Of a stretch of 32,000 nucleotides of DNA, positions 1-8,192 are shown in pieces; position 1 is the stretch's first letter; each line of letters starts with the position of its first letter. The translations under genes and the position numbers were made by a program. Below the pieces are notes generated by a model. That model was given only the letters and a program-made list of their open reading frames with translations. It had not been told where the DNA came from and made no database searches. Source of the DNA: Nitrosopumilus sp. (GTDB lineage Archaea > Thermoproteota > Nitrososphaeria > Nitrososphaerales > Nitrosopumilaceae); assembly GCA_965214775.1 (NCBI GenBank), contig OZ243974.1, forward strand, positions 2,328,632 through 2,360,631. The letters run 5' to 3'.

Positions 1-2
1 AA

Positions 3-2000
3 CAGAGGGGAATTACAATTTATCAGGCAAACGTAACTTTGCTTTTCCAGCAAAAAGACGACGAATATGTCATTAACATGATTGATACTCCCGGACACGT
101 TGACTTTAGCGGAAGGGTAATTCGCAGTCTTAGGGCAATTGACGGCGCAGTGGTAGTATGTGATGCAGTCGAAGGCATCATGACACAAACTGAAACTGTT
201 ACAAGAATGGCACTCGAAGAAAGAGTAAAACCTGTCTTGTTCATCAACAAAGTCGACAGGCTCATCAAAGAACTCCGGCTAACTCCTGAAAAAATGCAAC
301 AGCAGCTAGCCGAGGTGGTCTCTAACTTTAACCAGCTGATTGATACGTATGCAGAACCTGAATACAAGGAAAAATGGAAGATTTCAATTCAGGATGCTAG
401 TGTCACATTTGGTTCTGCCAAAGACAGATGGGCAATCAATGTTGACTTGATGAAAGAGCGTGGAATTACGTTCAAGGATGTTATTGATGCCTATGAGAAT
501 GAAAAAGTCCCTGACCTGGTAGAAAAGGCGCCACTGGCAGATGCCGTCCTGGGAATGGTCGTAAAGCACCATCCTGCGCCATACGAGGCCGTAAAATACA
601 GAATTCCGCAAATCTGGAAAGGTGATTTGGATTCAGATGTTGGAAAAGCGCTGCTTGCATGCAGAGATGACGGGCCGACAATTATGATGATTGTAAACAT
701 GGTATTGGATCCTGCAGCAGGGCCTGTTGCAATTGGAAGGTTGTTTTCAGGAACTATCAAAGACGGGCAAACCATTCAAATCATTGATGAAAAACGTGAA
801 GGAAGGGTCCAATCTGTCAACTTTTTTATGGGAAATCAAAGAGAGCAGGTTGGCGAATTGGGCGCCGGAAACATTCCTGCCTTACTGGGACTGACTGAAG
901 CCAGGGCGGGAAATACCCTGTCAACTGTAAAGGACATTCAGATGTTTGAAGGTGTAAAATATGTTTCAGAGCCGGTTGTTCAAGTTGCAGTTGAACCAAA
1001 ACATCCAAAAGATTTGCCCAAACTCGTGGAGGTTCTCAAACAATTGACAATCGAGGATCCCAACTTGGTTGTAAAAATTGACGAGGAGAGCGGAGAGACC
1101 ATTGTTGCTGGAATGGGCGTATTGCACCTTGATGTTGCAACGCATAGGATTCAAGACGCCAAAGTTGAAATTGTAACTTCTGAACCTTTGATTAATTATC
1201 GTGAAACCGTAAAATCCGGTTGTGAACCGATCATGTCAAAATCACCAAATAGGCACAATAAGATTTTCATGAAAGTAGAACCTCTGGAGCCTGAAATTGC
1301 AAACATGTTAAGAACCGGCGAAGTCAGCGACATGAAAGACAAAAAAGTCGTTGCCGATTTGCTAAAGGGCGCCGGCTGGGACACTGACACAGTTAAGAGA
1401 GTCATGAAACTTGATTCTCGGGGAAACGTCCTGATTAATGGGACAAAGGGAGTCCAATTTGTTCAGGAATCAACTGATTCAATCAATTCTGGATTTGACG
1501 AAGTGATGAAAGAAGGCCCTTTGTGCAAGGAGCAAATGAGAGACTGTAAATTCACGTTTACTCACTTTGTTCCTCACGAGGATACTGCACACAGGGGCCT
1601 ATCACAACTAGGCCCTGCATCAAGACGCGCTTGTACTGGCGCATTACTGACTGCTGGAACTACAGTTTTGGAGCCGACATTGGCCATCGAAGTCAGGGTT
1701 CCAACTGATTTGGTTGGAAACGTGGCAACCGTTCTTTCTGGAAAAAGAGGCAAAGTACTGGATATGGCTCAAAAAGGCGCGTCAAGTATTGTGACTGGCG
1801 AAATCCCTGCTTCTGAGACCTTTACATTGTCTGAAGAAATGAGAGGTCAGACTGCCGGCCGTGCAACCTGGAACACCTCATTTAAGGCATGGACTGAAGT
1901 TCCCAAATCTCTTTTACAATCTGCCGTTGCCGATATTAGGAAGAGAAAGGGCCTTGCTCCGGAACCGCCGGGTGCAGGCGAGTTCATTGACAAGGAATAA
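3..2000 (+). CDS. fusA: Translation elongation factor 2 (aEF-2), 5' end cut by the window edge
   Basis: Frame is open from nt 3 (QRGITIYQANVTL...), so the TTG at 39 is internal. GTPase motifs DTPGHVDF and NKVDR; domain IV loop HEDTAHRG with the diphthamide-type His; length fits an archaeal EF-2 missing its first ~80 aa. Confidence 0.95.
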   Translation, partial: QRGITIYQANVTLLFQQKDDEYVINMIDTPGHVDFSGRVIRSLRAIDGAVVVCDAVEGIMTQTETVTRMALEERVKPVLFINKVDRLIKELRLTPEKMQQQLAEVVSNFNQLIDTYAEPEYKEKWKISIQDASVTFGSAKDRWAINVDLMKERGITFKDVIDAYENEKVPDLVEKAPLADAVLGMVVKHHPAPYEAVKYRIPQIWKGDLDSDVGKALLACRDDGPTIMMIVNMVLDPAAGPVAIGRLFSGTIKDGQTIQIIDEKREGRVQSVNFFMGNQREQVGELGAGNIPALLGLTEARAGNTLSTVKDIQMFEGVKYVSEPVVQVAVEPKHPKDLPKLVEVLKQLTIEDPNLVVKIDEESGETIVAGMGVLHLDVATHRIQDAKVEIVTSEPLINYRETVKSGCEPIMSKSPNRHNKIFMKVEPLEPEIANMLRTGEVSDMKDKKVVADLLKGAGWDTDTVKRVMKLDSRGNVLINGTKGVQFVQESTDSINSGFDEVMKEGPLCKEQMRDCKFTFTHFVPHEDTAHRGLSQLGPASRRACTGALLTAGTTVLEPTLAIEVRVPTDLVGNVATVLSGKRGKVLDMAQKGASSIVTGEIPASETFTLSEEMRGQTAGRATWNTSFKAWTEVPKSLLQSAVADIRKRKGLAPEPPGAGEFIDKE

Positions 2001-2204
2001 TATTTCAAGACTTCTTGCCACGTCAATGGATTCCAGATCCCGCCGGATTGCTTAGATGATGACGATGAGGAGGAGGAAAGCAAGACACCATCTGTTGCCT
2101 GAAATCAAGGGCGGATCTCAAAAAGAAAAAAAGAAAAAGAAACTGAAAAACATGCAACGGATCCGGATCAAGGCCCAGACAACGAACATGCCCTGTAATT
2201 GCTT

Positions 2205-2714
2205 TTACTCTGTAATTTCCTTAAACTCGTCCATCCTTTTGACTTCTTGAAAATCTAGATCCTGTCTTGCTTTTGCCTTGATTGAAAAGTCTGACTTGAC
2301 TGCTTTTTCTAAAACCCTCATACCTTCTCTCACATTTTGCATTTTTACAAGAGTTGACGCCTTGTTGTATAACGCTGTAGCGTTATCTGGTTTTGATTTA
2401 AGAACTCTGTCATAACAGTCTAACGCAGCTTGAAATTCATTTTCAAAATGATGGGCCAATCCCTTGTTTAACCAGGCAAGCAGGTTTTGATCATCCTGTG
2501 CCAGGATTTTATCATAATGAGCAATTGCTTGCTGATCTTTGGCAAGTTTTCCTAAAATGTGCCCTTTTCTTAACAACGCCTCGGTGTTATTGGGATATTG
2601 AGACAGTATTCTGTCATACACAACTGATGCCTCAGTTGGATTTCCCAGATTAAGCAACATCTGACCATCTTTCAATAATTTCTGAATATCATATTTCATG
2701 ATTCTTTCAAACAC
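2205..2714 (-). CDS. TPR-repeat protein
   Basis: 169 aa made of successive ~34-aa units with A/Y/L spacing typical of tetratricopeptide repeats (e.g. AIAHYDKILAQDDQNLLAWLNKGLA, ALDCYDRVLKSKPDNATALYNKA). Confidence 0.75.
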   Translation of the reverse strand: MFERIMKYDIQKLLKDGQMLLNLGNPTEASVVYDRILSQYPNNTEALLRKGHILGKLAKDQQAIAHYDKILAQDDQNLLAWLNKGLAHHFENEFQAALDCYDRVLKSKPDNATALYNKASTLVKMQNVREGMRVLEKAVKSDFSIKAKARQDLDFQEVKRMDEFKEITE

Positions 2715-2813
2715 TGTGTTTTAATGAGATTTGTGATTGTGATAAGATGAGGTGATTTCCCTCCATGGGCGGCGCCAAAAATTACCGCAACAAACGATTC
2801 AAAAAAAAAAAAC

Positions 2814-2894
2814 TAGACTTTATGCGTAATCATCTCAGATCTGGGGTTATCACGAACAAATCCGTCTTATTCAGGCCATTACGCATGAAGCCTA
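2814..2894. mobile_element. MITE-B copy 1 (81 bp), non-autonomous derivative of IS-B
   Basis: Left end TAGACTTTATGCGTAATC is identical to the IS-B left terminus at 6322. Right end CATTACGCATGAAGCCTA is an imperfect inverted copy. Interior aligns with the copy at 5929-6010. Confidence 0.7.
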
Positions 2895-3068
2895 CTCGCC
2901 GAAAAGGAAGACAATCTAGAGCAAGAAATTGATCATATACTGTAAAGAAGAATCTGACTGGCCAATGAGGATTCTGAGGCCGAGTCAAACTAAACTGCTA
3001 GTTGTCAAATTTCTCTGTCATTTCTCCCTGACAGCCAACATAGAGGCTGCATGCAGACCCGGTGAAAA

Positions 3069-3353
3069 ATGAGTCGGTTAGAGCCCAAACTGGAATCATG
3101 TGAGCATGAAAGGATTGCTCTAGAAGCAATTCGACAAAACCCAACTTTGCACCATAACGCATTGCTTCAACATCGTGTTATTCCAAAATTCATGTCAAAA
3201 ACAACTTTGAAAAATACAAGAAATTCACTTATTGACAAAGATATGATCTGTGTGAAAATTAGACAAAACATGAGATTTTGTCACCCGACTGGAAATTTTG
3301 AACATGCTTCACATCGGCATGTTGAGCAAAACACCGGCAATCCTGCTTTATGA
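3069..3353 (+). CDS. Hypothetical protein, possible winged-helix fragment
   Basis: 94-aa ORF. The N-terminal pattern (ERIALEAIRQNPTLHHNALLQHRV..SKTTLKNTRNSLIDKDMICVK) resembles the wHTH N-terminus of the 15425-15991 protein. It lies between a MITE and the GC-rich island, so it may be truncated. Confidence 0.3.
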   Translation: MSRLEPKLESCEHERIALEAIRQNPTLHHNALLQHRVIPKFMSKTTLKNTRNSLIDKDMICVKIRQNMRFCHPTGNFEHASHRHVEQNTGNPAL

Positions 3354-3419
3354 TCTAAAATCACAAATAAGAAAACTAGAAACTGATTTTTCGCAACAGC
3401 TCGGGCTGTAATGGGATGG

Positions 3420-3473
3420 CCCCTGCCTAGGCAGCAATCAGGCACACATTTGCCTGCAGTTGTGATTTTCATG
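3420..3473 (+). repeat. Repeat R, left copy of a 54-bp inverted repeat
   Basis: CCCCTGCCTAGGCAGCAATCAGGCACACATTTGCCTGCAGTTGTGATTTTCATG matches the reverse complement of 12169-12222 at 52/54 positions (aligned by hand). Contains the 12-bp palindrome CTGCCTAGGCAG. Weaker similarity extends inward to about 3525. Confidence 0.85.
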
Positions 3474-3558
3474 CCTGTCCGGCAGGGAGGCGTGACTTTA
3501 ATTCTGCCTATGGACTACCCTATTACCAATTATATACTATCATGCGGCCATCCGGATT

Positions 3559-4512
3559 ATGTCGGATGTCGTGGGATCCTCCGTGCCGATAGGGCGCCGC
3601 CTTTGGCGCATGATGGATGCGGTCACGTGTGTGTGGGGGAGGGGCAGGAGGAGCGCCCGTGCGCTCCTCTTCAGCACCCTGCCGGACTTTCTGATTATAG
3701 GGGCCGCCAAGTCAGGCACCACGTCGCTTTACGGCCTGATAAGCGCGCATCCACACGTGCTTCCGGCGCGGATCAAGGAGATAGAATACTTTGCCCCCAC
3801 GGGAATATACTTGTCTGGCCCGACGTGGTACCGCGACCACTTTCCGACCGTACTTCATATGTATGGCTCTGCCCTGCTGCACGGACACCGGATGCTGACC
3901 GGCGAGGCCACCGCCGTCTACATGTTCCATCCAGACGTGCCGGGCCGGGTCAGGGACTTGCTTCCAAACGTCAGGCTGATAGCCATACTGCGCAATCCCG
4001 TAGATCGCGCCTATTCGGAGTACAACATGCGACTCGGGAGGGGAAACGAGTCGCTGACCTTTGAGGACGCAATAGCCGCAGAGCGTAACAGGGCATCGTA
4101 TGGGGAGACATCGGATTCCAGATCCCAGTACAACCTCTATCACTCCTATCTGGGCAGGGGCCGCTATGCCGAGCAGCTGATCCGCTGGTACAAGTGCTTT
4201 GACAGGAACCGTCTTCTGATCCTGACGACCGAGGAGCTGGAGGACGACAGGCAGGGTATGCTTGACAGGGTCTTTGGGTTTCTGGGACTAAAGCCGTTTG
4301 AGGTGGGGGGGGGGTCAGACGGCCTGCCGGACTCGCCTTGGATGAAGAAGTACAAGTCCGAGCCGCCCCATGCGGACGATCCCTTCAAACTCAACGTGGG
4401 AAGATACCCCGCGATGAGACGCGACACGCGGAGGATGCTGGTTGACTATTTTCGCCCGTACAACGAGCGGCTGTCTGAGCTTCTGGGGCGTGGCTTTGAC
4501 TGGGATCGGTGA
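3559..4512 (+). CDS. Sulfotransferase family protein (ST1), intact
   Basis: PAPS 5'-phosphosulfate-binding loop LPDFLIIGAAKSGTTSLY and 3'-phosphate motif ILRNPVDRAYSEY. GC-rich relative to flanks. Start could also be the Met pair at about 3610. Contains an in-frame G10 run at 4305-4314. Confidence 0.85.
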   Translation: MSDVVGSSVPIGRRLWRMMDAVTCVWGRGRRSARALLFSTLPDFLIIGAAKSGTTSLYGLISAHPHVLPARIKEIEYFAPTGIYLSGPTWYRDHFPTVLHMYGSALLHGHRMLTGEATAVYMFHPDVPGRVRDLLPNVRLIAILRNPVDRAYSEYNMRLGRGNESLTFEDAIAAERNRASYGETSDSRSQYNLYHSYLGRGRYAEQLIRWYKCFDRNRLLILTTEELEDDRQGMLDRVFGFLGLKPFEVGGGSDGLPDSPWMKKYKSEPPHADDPFKLNVGRYPAMRRDTRRMLVDYFRPYNERLSELLGRGFDWDR

Positions 4513-4601
4513 CCAGTGCCCGGCACAATGCGATCTAGGCCGCATATCGGAGGGGACTCGAATCCGCCATGTGCGGGGTCGGGCCCCGGCCGGACTGAGT
4601 A

Positions 4602-5780
4602 CAGAGGGTTAATTCGAAATTAGCAAATTTTGATCAAATGGGAACATAATGTACACCAACCCGATCCAAATGCCAGTAAAATGTACATAATTCATGAAGT
4701 TATTTGATAAATTGTCAAAAACTCCAGACATTCAAGAAGATGTTTGCCGGCATGACTGCCCCCGAATTTGATTTGTTGTATGCAAAGGTGGCAAAAAAAA
4801 ACACCCAAAGATGGACAGAAAGAGGCTTTCTGCTTTCTGCCAAAAAAGACCGCAAGCGTGATATCATCGGTGCAGGACGCCCGACTGCCCTCAGCCTGAA
4901 GGAGAGTCTTCTGCTGTCCCTGTTCTACTACAGGACGTACGTCACACAGGACGTGGCATCTGCCATGTTCGGAATAGGACAGGCATCAGTCTCGCGCTCG
5001 ATAGACAGGATTGCGCCGGTTCTCAAAAAGTGCCTGTCGATCCCCGAAAAGATCTATTCGGGCACCAAGAGAATATCCTCAGTAGAGGAGCTAATGGACG
5101 TATTGCCAGAACTTGTCTGCCTGACAGATGCCTCAGAACAAAAGATATGCAGGCCCAAGAGAAAGGACATGGAGAAATCGCACTATTTAGGCAAGGCAGG
5201 CACGCACACAGTCAAGGTCCAGTACACCACCAACATCCACGGACTCAGTACACAAGACACACCCCACTCTCCGGGACGCGTAAACGACATCACGATGTAC
5301 CAGATGAGGCATCCCACGTTCCGGTACGACCAAAGAAAGGAAAAAGAGAAGGAGAAAAAGTGTCCCGGCGGCAGCGGGGATGGTGATGCGCCACAACAAC
5401 AACAAAAGAGCACAAAGCTTCGTCACTACATGGACCGCGGATACCAGGAAGCACAGTTAGTGGATGCAGGCACGGACATCATACTCCCAATCAAGAAAAA
5501 ACCGGGCGGCAAGCTCACTGATGCGCAAAAAAGAGTACAATATCACGCACTCAAAGATACGTGTGTACGTGGAGAACACCATACGCAGGGTCAAAACATA
5601 CAGAATAATGGGCGACCGGTACCGAAACCCACTCAAAAAGTACGACCTTGCCAACAGTATCGTGTACGGACTGGTCAACGATAGGGCGTTGGCCAGAATC
5701 GCTGCTGCGGCCTAATGAGTGGCGGCAGCAGAACGGCTGCGGACGGGGCGCTCGATTTCTAATTTCGGATCACCTCTCAG
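4602..5780 (+). mobile_element. IS-A, PIF/Harbinger-like (DDE_Tnp_4-type) insertion sequence
   Basis: Imperfect terminal inverted repeats: CAGAGGGTTAATTCGAAATTAG at 4602, versus the reverse complement of CTAATTTCGGATCACCTCTCAG ending at 5780. These enclose the transposase frames. Confidence 0.75.
4740..5715 (+). pseudogene. DDE_Tnp_4-type transposase of IS-A, split by a +1 frame change in an A6 run
   Basis: Frame 1 (4704/4740-5684) carries an HTH region, LTDASEQ (first D), PGRVNDITMY and YMDRGYQ. The conserved C-terminus EYNITHSKIRVYVENTIRRVKTYRIM is in the +1 frame (5464-5715). Frames join if one A is removed from AAAAAA at 5527-5532. Confidence 0.8.
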
Positions 5781-5928
5781 GGACGACATATGGTGCGAGA
5801 GAAGGGACTTTACATTGTTGCTGGTAGTATGCGGGCTTCTCATGGCTTCCAGAAGAAACCTTGCAGAGTACGGGTTTGCCGGCCCGCCGCCGTAGGGCCG
5901 CGGTGGCTTTTGGGGTTACATTTCCGTC

Positions 5929-6010
5929 TACTGTTTATGCATAATCGGTGCAGATCTGGGATTATTACGAACAAATTCATCTTATTCAGGTCGATTACGC
6001 ATAAAGTCTA
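5929..6010. mobile_element. MITE-B copy 2 (82 bp)
   Basis: Right end CGATTACGCATAAAGTCTA is identical to the IS-B right terminus. Interior (CAGATCTGGGATTATTACGAACAAATTCATCTTATTCAGG) aligns with 2814-2894. Left end is degraded (TACTGTTTATGCATAATC). Confidence 0.7.
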
Positions 6011-6032
6011 ACAGTGTTTTGTCTAGTTATTT

Positions 6033-6299
6033 ATGCAAGTACGTTTTTGGGATGTTGTGGGATTGCTTTATACGAAATTTTATATGGATTTTGATGAAGG
6101 GGAATGGAGGCAGATTTCCAATGAACCTGTCGCTTTTCAAACAGTCAAGGACTCTGTCTCACTAGAGGTAGAGGACACTTCTCACAAGTTTCACAAATTA
6201 CATTTTAAGGAGGGAGGCAAAATCAGGCTTTTGCGGGTTACGGGAAAATTCCGCCTTCTCTGGGATGACGAGGACGTCCTTGACCAAAAAAAATTATAA
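6033..6299 (+). CDS. Hypothetical protein
   Basis: 88-aa AT-rich ORF between MITE-B2 and IS-B. An internal Met at about 6084 is an alternative start. No recognisable motif. Confidence 0.4.
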   Translation: MQVRFWDVVGLLYTKFYMDFDEGEWRQISNEPVAFQTVKDSVSLEVEDTSHKFHKLHFKEGGKIRLLRVTGKFRLLWDDEDVLDQKKL

Positions 6300-6423
6300 C
6301 CTGCGACTCTGCCTTCTGCAATAGACTTTATGCGTAATCGGCCCATCTGATCTAAAAATACGACACAATAGATCATTATTTGCACACCAACAACCCTAAA
6401 GATCTGTATGATTCCCTAACTGT

Positions 6424-7674
6424 ATGGGCTCAAATGACAAGACTCTCCAAGCATTTCAAGCGTTACAAGCGCAACACGAGATGCTAGTCGAGCAACACGA
6501 GATGCTAGTCGAGCAACACGAGCAGGTATCCAAGCAAAACAAACAGATGTCCAAGCAAAACGAGCGTATGAGGAAGCAGCTTGCGTTTGAGGACTCACTG
6601 TGGCAGTCCGAAGAAAACAAGACAAAAAGAGTCGTGCGCGGCGGGACGCCTCTGCGGATGCACGCAATCGAGGTTGCAGACGGCATAATCGGCGATCCGG
6701 TGCGCCTTCGCAACGTCACGGGATGCACAAAGGAGTCATTTACGATCATACTGGAGCGCTTTACGGAAGAAGTCATGGTCGACGAGGACAGACCCCTGTT
6801 CTGGGAGGACGACGTAAGAGGCGGCGATGCCGGAAACCGGTGCAAACTGTACATCAGGCACGCGCTGCTTGCAGTACTCATGAGCATAAGGACCAAGGCA
6901 ACGCAGCATCATCTGGCCGCAACGTTTGACGTCGACCAGTCCACAATGTCCAGGTACCTCCGGTACGGTGCCGTGTTACTGCGCCGGCTCCTGCCTGCCT
7001 CCGAAAAGCTAACAAGCATCATCTGCAAGACCCCGGCAGGCAAGCTGGAGGAGGTGCTGATCCCAAAAAAGACGCTCCTGATTGACGGCACCCTGACTCC
7101 GGTAGACAGGCCCGGGGACAGGACCGCAAGAAAGACCAGATACTCGGGAAGAAAAAAGCGGCACATGTTCAACACGATAATTACCTCGAACCTGGACGGC
7201 CTCATACTGCACTGCGGCAAGACTGTGGACGGAAGCGTCAACGACAAGGGCGTGATGAACGCAGGGGGCGGCCCGGACTTTGGAAGGCACACCGGATCAA
7301 TGAGGAATGCAAAAAACGCAGACGATCCGGAAGAGGCGTTTGTGATTTACAGCGACCTGGGATTTGAGGGCATTCAAAAGATGCTTCCGGGCGCCATACA
7401 CAGGCAGCCCCCAAAGAAGCCCAGGGACGGGGATCTTACTGCAACACAAAAGAGGCGCCGCAAGCAGATAAGCAGGGTTCGCGTCAGAGTGGAGCACCAC
7501 ATAGGGCGGCTCAAAAGATATGGCATTCTTACCATGCCGTTTGGCGGAACTGCCAAGGATCTCAATTATTTCATGCAGATAATCACGGGTCTTGAGAACC
7601 TCAAGACGATGTTGAAAAGGAAAAAACACTATGGCCAGCTGCTGCAGCAGCTGCATCTGCTGCCAGACACATGA
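6424..7674 (+). CDS. DDE_Tnp_4-type transposase of IS-B
   Basis: LLIDGTLTPVDRP, RYSGRKKRHMFNTIITSNLDGLIL, DGSVNDKGVM, YSDLGFEG and QISRVRVRVEHHIGRLKRYGIL match the Harbinger/IS5-superfamily DDE pattern. The N-terminus is a heptad-repeat segment. Confidence 0.85.
   Translation: MGSNDKTLQAFQALQAQHEMLVEQHEMLVEQHEQVSKQNKQMSKQNERMRKQLAFEDSLWQSEENKTKRVVRGGTPLRMHAIEVADGIIGDPVRLRNVTGCTKESFTIILERFTEEVMVDEDRPLFWEDDVRGGDAGNRCKLYIRHALLAVLMSIRTKATQHHLAATFDVDQSTMSRYLRYGAVLLRRLLPASEKLTSIICKTPAGKLEEVLIPKKTLLIDGTLTPVDRPGDRTARKTRYSGRKKRHMFNTIITSNLDGLILHCGKTVDGSVNDKGVMNAGGGPDFGRHTGSMRNAKNADDPEEAFVIYSDLGFEGIQKMLPGAIHRQPPKKPRDGDLTATQKRRRKQISRVRVRVEHHIGRLKRYGILTMPFGGTAKDLNYFMQIITGLENLKTMLKRKKHYGQLLQQLHLLPDT
6472..6566 (+). 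repeat. 21-bp (heptad) tandem repeats inside the IS-B transposase N-terminus
   Basis: CAACACGAGATGCTAGTCGAG occurs twice perfectly (6472-6513). It is followed by related 21-bp units encoding QHEQVSK/QNKQMSK/QNERMRK. Confidence 0.8.
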
Positions 7675-7881
7675 CATACGGCGGCACGGACCGCCATTCT
7701 TTCTGACTTGTCAAAGGGGCACATTGCCGTGCTGCATGGTTGCGCACGTTCTTTTGGCGCAACTGGCTTTTACGTGCGTCATGACACGAGATGCATGCGG
7801 TAATTTGATCCGATCAGCGCATTTGCGTTTGGAAAAGCCTACGGAATTTTTAATCACGGTCGATTACGCATAAAGTCTAAT

Positions 7882-8112
7882 ATGTCTCTTCAAAGCGAAA
7901 TCTCTGAAATTCAGAGCGGTTTTGACTCCGTATCTTCTGAGAAATTTTTAGAGGTTTTGACTAAAATCAAGCCTGAACTAAGGAGTCCGCTGACCTCAGA
8001 GTACCTTCAAGGCAAAATTGACAAAGCCATGTCTGAGCCTGATGAGACTGAGAAAAAGAAGCTGTGCAAATCTCTGATGCCTTATCTGGACTGGTATCAA
8101 AAAGGCCAGTGA
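7882..8112 (+). CDS. Hypothetical protein
   Basis: 76-aa AT-rich ORF. ATG lies 3 nt after the IS-B right terminus. The last base of the TGA stop is the first base of the IS-C target duplication. Confidence 0.5.
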   Translation: MSLQSEISEIQSGFDSVSSEKFLEVLTKIKPELRSPLTSEYLQGKIDKAMSEPDETEKKKLCKSLMPYLDWYQKGQ

Positions 8113-8192
8113 CGCTATCCGGCGTTGTCCGGAATTTTTCCAGAAATCTACCGATAAGCTTATAGATCATAAGCGCAGGATGCGACAACCTT

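Larger units (their letters stand above)
6322..7879 (+). mobile_element. IS-B, PIF/Harbinger-like (DDE_Tnp_4-type) insertion sequence, apparently intact
   Basis: 19-bp perfect terminal inverted repeats, TAGACTTTATGCGTAATCG (6322) and CGATTACGCATAAAGTCTA (7861-7879), flank a single uninterrupted transposase ORF. Whether the outermost TA is TIR or target duplication is ambiguous. Confidence 0.85.

Noticed and set aside
1540-1640. EF-2 diphthamide loop reads HEDTAHRGLSQLGP rather than the HRGPAQ I recall from other archaea.
   Set aside because: The modified His and the flanking HRG are present. I cannot verify from memory that the downstream substitutions are unusual for this lineage.
2001-2102. 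An in-frame open extension after the EF-2 TAA stop (YFKTSCHVNGFQIPPDCLDDDDEEEESKTPSVA), and the K-rich ORF 2056-2250.
   Set aside because: EF-2 already ends at its normal C-terminus. No start codon or conserved-looking sequence. ORF 2056-2250 overlaps the 3' end of the TPR gene and is low complexity.
3411-4143. Long ORFs overlapping ST1 in other frames or on the other strand (3411-4064 +, 3712-4143 -). Similar ones overlap the GC-rich transposase genes (6456-6896 -, 6909-7292 -, 8483-8965 -, 30850-31254 -, 31382-31834 -).
   Set aside because: GC-rich DNA has few stop codons. These ORFs have Arg/Pro/Gly-rich nonsense-like composition and overlap ORFs with clear family motifs.
4545-4580. tRNA-like T-arm string GGACTCGAATCC downstream of ST1 (and GGACTCTAATCC downstream of ST2), a possible tRNA-fragment attachment site.
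   Set aside because: Flanking bases do not form a T-stem or acceptor stem. No cloverleaf could be drawn by hand.
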